Origin: a bacterium
GTDB lineage: Bacteria; Chloroflexota; Dormibacteria; Aeolococcales; Bog-877
NCBI GenBank assembly: GCA_021827985.1
Contig: JAKATL010000007.1
Span: forward strand, 13,764 to 77,763
Direction: 5' to 3'
Length of the DNA: 64,000 nt
Below the pieces are notes generated by a model. The model was given only the letters and a program-made list of their open reading frames with translations. It did not search any database and was not told where the DNA came from. A program made the translations under genes and the position numbers. How positions within the stretch are numbered: position 1 is the stretch's first letter; each line of letters starts with the position of its first letter. Shown here piece after piece: positions 48,474 to 56,360 of the stretch.

Positions 48474-50300
48474 ATGGTCGCCCCCGTGGCCCCGGACATC
48501 CGTGACTTCCTGGCCGCCCCGGTGTGGCGGGCTCTGGACGTGGACGACGAGGGGCGGGTGCTGGCGGGCTGTGACGCCCCCGGGACCATCCAGCTGGTCG
48601 AGCTGGCCTTCGATGGCACCCCGACCTGGCTAACCGACCTCCCGGGCGGCTGCTCCGGGCGGTACCTGCCCGGTGAGCGCCTCGTGGTGGTCGAGCACGA
48701 CCAGGACGGGGACGAGCGCTGGCAGCTGTCGCTGCTGGACCTGGAGGAGCCCCCGACTGAGCCGGTGGGGCCGGCGGGGCTTCAGCCACTGGTTCGCGAT
48801 CCCCGCTTCCTGCACCAGCTCGTCCAGGTGCTTCCCGGCCAGGTGGTCTACCGCACCAACCGGCGCAACGGCGTCGACTTCGATGTGGTGATCCGCGACC
48901 TCAGGTCGGGTGCCGAGCGGGAGGTGTACGCCGCGGGCGGCATGGTCGAGGGGGTGGCCCTTGCACCATCCGGGGAGGCGGCGGTTCTGACGCGGGCCGC
49001 CACGTGCCCCATGTCCGAGCAGCTTCTCCTAGTGAACCCGATCGGAGCCCCACCCCGCCAGCTCACCGGCTCAGACCTTCCCGCCCAGCACCTGTTCCCG
49101 GGCTTCGCCGGCCCCTCCAGCCTGGTCCTCACCACCGACCGCGAGCGTGAGCACACCGCAGTCGTCGAACTGGACCTCAAGAGCGGGAGCTGGAAAGAGC
49201 TCATCTCCCGTCCGGGATTGGACGTGAGCGGCCACCTCGCGCCCTCTTCCACCCGCCTCCTTCTGCGGGTCAACCGGGGGGGGCGGGCGGAGCTGGAGCT
49301 TCACGAACTGGATGTCGCGCGGGCGCCGATCCCGGTCGCCCTGCCCGGAGCCGGATGGATCGGGGAGCCCACGCTGCCATCTCCCGCCTGGGCGCCATCC
49401 GGGAGGTGGGCCGCCGTCTCCTTCAGCAGCCCCACAGTCCCCGGGGACGCACTGAGGGTCGACGCCCTGACCGGGGAGGTGGCCACCGTCGCCAGCAGCC
49501 AGGGGGACCTAGGCGCCCACAGCTTCAGCTTGCCCACCCTGCATGAGGTTCCCTCCCCAGCCGGGCGGCCGATCCCCTGCTGGGTCTACGCGCCCACCGC
49601 ACCCGGTGGCCCGCTCGCCGGCTCGGCCGTCGTCGTGGTCCATGGTGGTCCCGAGTCCCAGTCGGTGGCCAGCTTCAACCCGGTGATCCAGGGCCTGGCG
49701 GCGGCAGGGCACACGGTCATCGTCCCCAACGTCCGGGGATCCACCGGGTACGGACGGGGCTGGTACTCGGCGGATGACGGCCGCCGGCGCCTCAACCCCG
49801 TCGCCGATCTGGAGAGCATCCACGCCTGGCTGCCGCAGGTGGGGGCCGACCCCTCCCGGGCAGCCCTCTGGGGCGGCTCCTACGGCGGCTACATGGTCCT
49901 CGCCGGCCTGGCCTTCCAGCCCCAGCTCTGGGCTGCGGGGGTGGACATCGTGGGGATCTCCTCCCTGGTCAGCTTCCTGCGCAACACCTCAGGCTACCGC
50001 CGAGCGGCTCGGGAGCGCGAGTACGGCTCGCTGGAGGCCGACCTGGACTTCCTTGAGCTTGCCTCGCCGCTTTCGCGGGTCGACAACATCCGCGCCCCCC
50101 TCTTCATGATCCACGGGGCCAACGACCCTCGGGTACCCCTCAGCGAGGCCGAGCAGCTGGCCAGGCGTCTTCGGCAACGGCAGGTGGAGTGCCACCTTCT
50201 GGTCTACGGGGACGAGGGCCACGGCCTCGCCCGCCGGCGCAATCGGCTGGACGCCTATCCTCGGGCGCTCCAGTTTCTCGCGAGGCATCTGTCCGGCTGA
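48474..50300 (+). CDS. S9-family serine peptidase (prolyl oligopeptidase/dipeptidyl peptidase-like) with N-terminal beta-propeller
   Basis: The catalytic nucleophile motif is LWGGSYGGYMVLAGL (GxSxGG). The downstream Asp/His region is IHGANDPRVPLSEAEQL...GDEGHGL. TolB-like propeller repeats lie upstream. The start is at MVAPVAPD. Confidence 0.85.
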   Translation: MVAPVAPDIRDFLAAPVWRALDVDDEGRVLAGCDAPGTIQLVELAFDGTPTWLTDLPGGCSGRYLPGERLVVVEHDQDGDERWQLSLLDLEEPPTEPVGPAGLQPLVRDPRFLHQLVQVLPGQVVYRTNRRNGVDFDVVIRDLRSGAEREVYAAGGMVEGVALAPSGEAAVLTRAATCPMSEQLLLVNPIGAPPRQLTGSDLPAQHLFPGFAGPSSLVLTTDREREHTAVVELDLKSGSWKELISRPGLDVSGHLAPSSTRLLLRVNRGGRAELELHELDVARAPIPVALPGAGWIGEPTLPSPAWAPSGRWAAVSFSSPTVPGDALRVDALTGEVATVASSQGDLGAHSFSLPTLHEVPSPAGRPIPCWVYAPTAPGGPLAGSAVVVVHGGPESQSVASFNPVIQGLAAAGHTVIVPNVRGSTGYGRGWYSADDGRRRLNPVADLESIHAWLPQVGADPSRAALWGGSYGGYMVLAGLAFQPQLWAAGVDIVGISSLVSFLRNTSGYRRAAREREYGSLEADLDFLELASPLSRVDNIRAPLFMIHGANDPRVPLSEAEQLARRLRQRQVECHLLVYGDEGHGLARRRNRLDAYPRALQFLARHLSG

Positions 50301-50357
50301 GAGCTGGGGCGCCGCTCCCACCTATATTCGAGTATTCGAGCAGTTTGGGCGCGCCGG

Positions 50358-50738
50358 GTGCGGGGCGCGCCGCCCCTCAATCCAGGTGCCCACTTGTCCC
50401 AGGTCCAAGGCCATCCGCGTCGCTGGCTGATCCTCGCCGTGGTCACCGTGGTGGCCTTCATCGGCAACGTCCACGGCACCATCGTGGTGGTCGGGCTGCC
50501 CCGGATCGTCCAGGGGCTGCACACCACCATCACCACCGGCCTCTGGACCCTGACCGGCTACATCATCACCAGTACCGTCTTCCTGCTGCCGGCGGGGCGG
50601 TGATCGGACGTCGTGGGCCGGAAGCGGATCTTCCTGGTCGGTGTGGGGCTGTTCGGCCTGGGCACGGTCCTCTGCGGGTTCGCTCCGTCCGGGGGAGCCC
50701 TGGTGGGTTGGCGCCTGCTGCAGGGGGTAGGGAACTAG
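50358..50738 (+). pseudogene. 5' fragment (~125 aa) of a DHA2-type MFS efflux transporter, frameshifted near 50603 and truncated at the junction with the serine-recombinase element
   Basis: Frame 1 reads RRWLILAVVTVVAFIGNVHGTIVVVGLPRIVQGLHTTITTGLWTLTGYIITSTVFLLPAGR then stops. The family-typical continuation SDVVGRKRIFLVGVGLFGLGTVLCGFAPSGGALVGWRLLQGVG is in the +1 frame (50603-50735). Homology ends abruptly at 50738, where the sequence turns AT-rich. Confidence 0.6.
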
Positions 50739-52582
50739 TCCCCGAGAACATCCCGCAAGAGCCCGTACGTATGTGTTAGTCTGCAGTTGTGAACCTGACT
50801 GAGTGGGCCCGCCGCCAAGGGATCCACCCCCACACCGCGTACCGATGGTTTGAGAGCGGCACCCTGCCGGTGCCGGCGGAGCGGGTGGGGCCGCGCACCA
50901 TCCTGGTGAACGTCGGCGCGGCCAGCGCGCTCCCGGCAGCCGGCCTGGGCCTCTATGCGCGAGTCTCGACCCGTGGGACGCAATCGAGCGGACCCCTGGC
51001 TAGATCCTCGGCCGTGCCCGCCGTCTTCAATTGCTGATTGGGGCAGAGCCAGGACCACCTGGACCTTGCCCCCACCTGCGTCGATGATAACGCGGCGGAC
51101 AAGCAGGCGTACAACTTGGCGCCGTCCGTCGAAGTCAAGTTGGCCGATCCCCTCAGAGACCCGCGCCGTGAAGGCCTCCAGGGATTGCAGCACGGCCGTC
51201 CAGTAGTCGCGGCCGCTGCGCCGGTCCGCCTGTGCCGCAAGGTCAGCTTCCAGACGCCCTAGGTGGTCCTTGAGCTCGGCGAGGCGCTGGCGCAGGTCTG
51301 TCTGGTCGAGCTCACCGTACTGGTAGAGGTCGACCAGCCGCTTCTGCTGGCTCCGCAGCCTGGCCCGGCGCCGCTCCGCCTCCCGTCGTTGCGCAGAATC
51401 CGTGCTGTCGGCCCCCAAGGTATCGATGCGGCGCTGGTACTCCCGCATGAGCGTCCCGGGGTCCTCACGAGCCTCCCGGACTGCGTCCCAGACCGCCTCC
51501 TCAAGACCCTCGGCTCTGACCGCTGGCGTCGGGTAGCGGCAGGCGCGACGATCACCGACGTTGAGCGGGTCAGCGGCACTGCACCGGTAAAGACGTCGCC
51601 CGTGGCTGACTGCCCCGGACATGGCAGCACCGCAGCTGGGGCAACGAACCAGACCGCCCGACAACAGGTAGCTGTGCCGCTTGTTGTTCCTCGGCGAGAA
51701 GCGGAAGTTCTCGGCAAGCTGCTGCCGGGCCCGTTTGAAGGTGGCCTCGTCGATGATCACAGGAACCCTGATAGCGACCCAGTTCTCCGTCGGCTGCACC
51801 TGGCGGACGGTCTTCGGCCGGTTCGATGGAGATGACCCGCCGGCTGATTCTGCCTTCACATAGGCGTTCCGCGCGTACAAGAACCGGCCTGCGTACCCTT
51901 CCTGCCGGAGCATGCGCCCGACCGTCGAGGCTCGCCAGTGGTCACCTCCCGCCGGTGCTGGCAGACCTCGCTCAGTGAGTACTCGGGCGATCTGCCGACA
52001 GGACTGGCGGTCCTCGACCAGCAAGCGGAACATCTCCCGCACCACATCGGCCCGGTCATCATCGATGGTCAGAGTCGCCCGCCTTGATCCGGACCGCGCG
52101 ACGTACCTGAAGCCGTAGGGAACGAAGCCCCCCATCAGGGCTCCCTCCCGCGCCCGAAAGAGCTTGCCTCGGCGCATACGATCTCGGATCACCTTGCCCT
52201 CGAAGTCGGCGAAGTCTCCCAGGATGTTCTCGATGAGCTCCCCTTGCGGGCTCGCGTCCGAAGGGTGCTGCACGAACTCCAAACGTGCTCGGCGCCTGAG
52301 CTCCTTAAGGAGGAGGGCCTGATTGCAGCGGTCCCGCGACAGCCGACCTATCTCGTGGATAACGATCACGTCGACGTCGCCCCGGGCGACTGCGTCGCGT
52401 AGGCGGTCGAGCGCGGGGCGGGCGAGATCGTACCCTGATCGGGCCTCGTCGACGAACTCGGTTGGAGTGTCGTAGCCTTTGCGCTGAGCATAGGTGCGCA
52501 GGGCGTCCAGCTGGCTCTCGACGGTCTCCTCGCGCTCCTGCCTCTCAGAGCTAACTCGGGCGTATAGGGCGACTCGTGTCAT
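50735..52582 (-). mobile_element. large serine recombinase (site-specific integrase/resolvase family) of an integrated element
   Basis: The N-terminal resolvase catalytic domain is MTRVALYARVSSERQ...SQLDALRTYA...DVIVIHEIGRLSRD. A recombinase domain, a zinc ribbon (CPSCGAAMSGAVSHGRRLYRC) and a coiled-coil (LRSQQKRLVDLYQYGELDQTDLRQRLAELKDHLGRLEADL) follow. An AGGGGGGA RBS precedes the ATG. The last ~130 codons are low-complexity and may be read-through. The gene's 3' end abuts the truncated MFS gene. Confidence 0.85.
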
Positions 52583-52915
52583 CGGTGATCCCCCCTGATG
52601 TGGCGGCGGAGTGTAGCGGCTTCTGTTGTGTAGTGGGGGGATACTTCGCGACTTCACCGGCCTGTCGCGGTGGGCGGGCGTGCAAAGCGCCCGGCGGGGC
52701 CTTCTCAGCCTGCAGCGCCAGCTCAACCGCCTGCCGCAGCCGATCATGCGTGTCGGGCACCGGCTCCCAGACGACGACCGTCTGGAGGGGACCGCAGGCA
52801 GTTCGGGGATGCCGTTCTGAACTCACCTCTCAACGATCGGGTGTGGGCACCGCCTCCGCGTGGCGGGGTCGGGCTGCCGGGTCCGCAACGCGCTCCTTGG
52901 AGGCATGACCAGCGG

Positions 52916-53830
52916 ATGCCCAGAAAGCTGAGCGGCGAGGACCTGCATGGCCTTCTGGCGGCTGTCTACGGGCCGCCGCCCTGGGACCTCACGGCTGAGG
53001 GAGTGGCCGCGAAGCTCAGCGCCCTCCGCCAACCCCTGGTCAGCGGCGAGGGTCTGTCGGCGGACATCAAAGAACGGGAGAGGAAGCGGCGGGCGCTGGC
53101 CAAGCCCCCGGCCGTCCGCCGGCCAGCTGAGGACGAGCTAGCCCACGAATGGCTGTCTATACATCGAGAGGCGGCAGCGCAGAAAGCCTTTCGGACGCGC
53201 CTCATCTACCTCGCGCGGTCAGCCGTTCCGGTAGCCGAGGCAAGTGCCGCAGTCGACTTGGCCAGTGCGCCTGGACCCGGGTGGCTGCGGACAGCGCCAG
53301 CCCCGGACGCACCCAGGGGCGGAAGCGCCCCTATCGACCGAGCGGTCGCCCGGCTGATCGAGCGGCACAGACTCCCGCCGACCCGGGCGGCCGCTCGGCG
53401 GCTCAGCCGGCACCTGCTGACCGGCAACCCCGACTGGCTCATAGGCTGGGACCTGAGCATGGCGCTGGTTCGAACCCCCGGCGAGTCTGTGGAGCCCGGG
53501 TACGACTCCCTGACGGTGACGGTGGTCGGGCTCGACGCCTTCGTCACGCGTGAAGACTGGGCGGAGATCTGGGAGCGGGTCGTCGAGCCTCGCCAGACCC
53601 TGTGGCTGGCGGTGCGAGGCCAACCTTCCCCGCGGGGTCCACGAGGAGTGCAGATTGCAGCGCTCGAGGCGACTATGCCACTGTACCGTGCGATTGTCCT
53701 GGATGGCTTGTCGCTACCCCAGGCACGGCAAGCGCTGCAGGAGAAGAGGGGGCGATCCACAGGGATCTCCCCCTCAACCGACTACCGAGGGGTCCGCGCG
53801 CTCCGGCGGCTACTCGAACCCGGCCCGTAG
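52916..53830 (+). CDS. hypothetical protein (304 aa), divergent from the serine recombinase
   Basis: Protein-like composition with no motif I can assign. The start is the internal ATG MPRKLSG; the upstream part of the ORF is Ala/Pro-rich non-protein-like sequence. Possibly an element-encoded regulator or recombination directionality factor. Confidence 0.45.
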   Translation: MPRKLSGEDLHGLLAAVYGPPPWDLTAEGVAAKLSALRQPLVSGEGLSADIKERERKRRALAKPPAVRRPAEDELAHEWLSIHREAAAQKAFRTRLIYLARSAVPVAEASAAVDLASAPGPGWLRTAPAPDAPRGGSAPIDRAVARLIERHRLPPTRAAARRLSRHLLTGNPDWLIGWDLSMALVRTPGESVEPGYDSLTVTVVGLDAFVTREDWAEIWERVVEPRQTLWLAVRGQPSPRGPRGVQIAALEATMPLYRAIVLDGLSLPQARQALQEKRGRSTGISPSTDYRGVRALRRLLEPGP

Positions 53831-53876
53831 TCCCAGCCCTTCGCCCCGGTGATCATGCACCTATCCTGACAGGACC

Positions 53877-54953
53877 ATGGAAGACGATACCGGGGGACGC
53901 CGTCGCAGTTGGTGGGCCATCGTTGGCCCTCTGCCGTCCTCTGAACCTACGGGCTGGCTCACGACACCCCACGACCGTACCCGCGTGCTCGATCGGGAGT
54001 ACGAGGTCGGCCCACTGCGTCTTCGTCCCGGTGGGAAGCGCTTGGTCGAGTACTTGCGCCTGGACCCGCTGGCACTGGAGGGCATAAGGAGGTCCGAGTC
54101 GTGGCCCCTTCTCGTGGAGAGCTCCTGGGAAGATGGTCTGCCCAGGATCTTTGCGAGCGGCCCGGAGGAAGTTCGAGCGGCCAAGCCAACCTGGCCAGCC
54201 ATCGAGCGGCAAGGCAGTGAGGACTTGCACCGGCTCTGCGCGCTCCTTTCCTTGGCGTGGGGTGAGCCCTGGCAGGTCCGAACCTCACCCAAGCCTTCGG
54301 AGCACCTCGACGCCGAGGTGCCGGACTCATGGCCAGCTCCACCCAGATGGCACCAGGACGACGACTTCCCACCCTCGCACCAGGAGGGGCTGCCGGACTG
54401 GATCAGCACGGCCTGGGATCAGGTGGGGACGGACGACCACGTTGCTGCCGCTCTTACCGCCTGGCACCAGGGCCTGCTCCTGACTCCGCAGCACCCCTCG
54501 TTCGCGCACGTGGCCCTCGTAGGCGCGATCGAGGAGTTGAGTCACGCCTCACCATTCGCAGCTATCGTTGACAATGGTCTGCCGGTTCCGTGCCATACCT
54601 GCGACGCGCGACACGATGCCTCCCAGCGCTTCTGGCGGATGGTGAGGCAGGTAGCGGCCGGCGCGGAGGTTGCCGAGCTAAAGGAACTCAACCCTCTGGG
54701 GAAGCGTGGCGCGGCCGCGCATGGAGCGCGGCTCCCTGGCATCGAAACGACGTACGGCTCCGTGGTGCTCCTGGACTGGATACCCCCGAGCCCGGAGGGA
54801 GACCCTCCGAGATTCGAGTTCAATCCGGACGACCCAGCCCAGATCTTCGTCCTCAAAGTGGTGCCCGCCGTGCGTGGGATTGCCCGCCGCCTCCTTCTCA
54901 AGGCCCTCGGCGCACCTGCCAACTCGTTTACCCCGGGCCTCGGAGCGGCCTGA
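53877..54953 (+). CDS. hypothetical protein (358 aa)
   Basis: Protein-like ORF with an AGGACC RBS. It is preceded by the palindrome TCCTGACAGGA, the same motif found upstream of the RHH gene at 58043. No assignable domain. Confidence 0.5.
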   Translation: MEDDTGGRRRSWWAIVGPLPSSEPTGWLTTPHDRTRVLDREYEVGPLRLRPGGKRLVEYLRLDPLALEGIRRSESWPLLVESSWEDGLPRIFASGPEEVRAAKPTWPAIERQGSEDLHRLCALLSLAWGEPWQVRTSPKPSEHLDAEVPDSWPAPPRWHQDDDFPPSHQEGLPDWISTAWDQVGTDDHVAAALTAWHQGLLLTPQHPSFAHVALVGAIEELSHASPFAAIVDNGLPVPCHTCDARHDASQRFWRMVRQVAAGAEVAELKELNPLGKRGAAAHGARLPGIETTYGSVVLLDWIPPSPEGDPPRFEFNPDDPAQIFVLKVVPAVRGIARRLLLKALGAPANSFTPGLGAA

Positions 54954-54994
54954 AGAGGTCATCGTGGGACCGACCGGGTAGTCCACCCAGTCCA

Positions 54995-55130
54995 GCATTC
55001 GTCCACGAGTCCTCCCATTCGTCCAGCCACGAGTCCACGCCGTCCCTGTGCCGTTGCGGGACGACGTTAGGGACGACATCTGAGATCATCCGCAGGACGA
55101 CATACGTGACGACGCCTCCGACGACATGAC
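54995..55130. repeat. intergenic cluster of short direct repeats: 2x CATTCGTCCA..CGAGTCC and at least 5x GACGAC(AT)
   Basis: Seen directly: CATTCGTCCACGAGTCC / CATTCGTCCAGCCACGAGTCCACG, then GGGACGACgttagGGACGACATctgagatcatccgcagGACGACATacgtGACGACgcctccGACGACATgacg. It lies immediately upstream of the 55155 gene. Confidence 0.55.
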
Positions 55131-55154
55131 GTACTGTGGCGGTGCAAGATCATC

Positions 55155-56285
55155 ATGTCGCTTACCGAAACTATCGAAGCCGAACTGCTGCACACCCTGG
55201 AGGGGGGTGGGGAGCCCGGGGAGGTGATCGCTCGGTATTCGGGCTCCAAGGGTCCCCTGTACTCCGCGCTGGCTCGGGCGACCGCAAGGGGTTCGGTGGA
55301 GCTTGCCCGCATCCGGCAGCAGCTTGCCGAGGTCCGAGGCCATCTTGCCCAGGCACAGCGGGACGCCGCCACAGCGGAGTCGAGGGGCCACAAGGCTCAG
55401 GTCGTTGCGGCTGCCGCAGAGGCCCGAACCTCGGAGCTGGCCGAGGCAGTCGCCCACGCCGAACGGGTTCTGCGGCAGGCCGAGGCTCTCCGAGCGCAGG
55501 GTTGCGGTGACGAGACCCTGGCGGCCATCGGAAGGCTTATAGCCGCAGTTGCCGATGGGGACGGGATTCCGCCTGCAGAGGCCGTTACCCGCCTGCTGGA
55601 GGCCGGTGAACACCACGGCCGTCTGGTCGACTTCGAGGCTCAAGCCCTGGCTGTGGAGCGCCGCCTCCAGCGCGCTCAGTCCGAGCTAGCGCGGTTGACG
55701 CCTACGGTCGCAGCCTTGAGGGACGAGCGAGAGGTCATCAAAGCGGGGTTGGCCGCAATCGCCGCCGACGGGACCAGCCAGCTGGCCAGGGCGCAGCAAG
55801 TGGCGGTCACCGCGCTGCAGGAGGCCCAGCGAGCGGCGCAGGGCGCTCTGCAGCAGGCTGGGATGCGGGCTCAGTCCCAAGCCCAGGCGGCCGAGCAGGC
55901 AGCAGAGCGGAGCCTGGCTGGCTACCGACGCCTCACCCGGGAGGCCGCCCTCCTTGAACAGGACGTCACCTTCGCCCGGCTCCTCCGGGATCCGGACGCC
56001 CGCTACTGGCAGGTGGTCGCCCCGTCAAGTTGGCAAGTCGTTATTGCTCGACTGGCCGCCTGGGCCGGTGCCGTGGTCCCCGACCTCCCGGTGCCGATTC
56101 CCGAGCCCGTCAAGGGGGTCGTGGCCGGGAGCGTCAGCTACCCGGCGGTCTACGGACCGCTCCGGGTCCCGCTTCTTGGGCTCATCGCCTGGCTGAGCGA
56201 GGGGATCAAATTGGTGCCCAGTGCGGCCCTCCGGGCGCACCTCGACCGGGTGGCCGACAGCAACTCGCGGGTGGAGTCCGAATAA
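55155..56285 (+). CDS. hypothetical coiled-coil protein (376 aa) with hydrophobic C-terminal region
   Basis: Long Ala/Gln/Arg/Glu-rich heptad-like stretches (about residues 40-290) are followed by a hydrophobic C-terminus (AVVPDLPVPIPEPVKGVVAGSVSYPAVYGPLRVPLLGLIAWL). No catalytic motif. Confidence 0.5.
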   Translation: MSLTETIEAELLHTLEGGGEPGEVIARYSGSKGPLYSALARATARGSVELARIRQQLAEVRGHLAQAQRDAATAESRGHKAQVVAAAAEARTSELAEAVAHAERVLRQAEALRAQGCGDETLAAIGRLIAAVADGDGIPPAEAVTRLLEAGEHHGRLVDFEAQALAVERRLQRAQSELARLTPTVAALRDEREVIKAGLAAIAADGTSQLARAQQVAVTALQEAQRAAQGALQQAGMRAQSQAQAAEQAAERSLAGYRRLTREAALLEQDVTFARLLRDPDARYWQVVAPSSWQVVIARLAAWAGAVVPDLPVPIPEPVKGVVAGSVSYPAVYGPLRVPLLGLIAWLSEGIKLVPSAALRAHLDRVADSNSRVESE

Positions 56286-56360
56286 CTGGCTGAGCGCGAG
56301 CTACCTCGGGAGGTGGAGATGGCTGATGGCGGCCCAGCGCGGGCCGCCATCAGCCCACCA

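Noticed and set aside
53455-53475. tRNA-like T-loop string GGTTCGAACCCCC
   Set aside because: It lies inside the coding frame of the 304-aa hypothetical protein (MALVRTPGE) with no acceptor/anticodon structure around it. No tRNA was recognised anywhere in the window.
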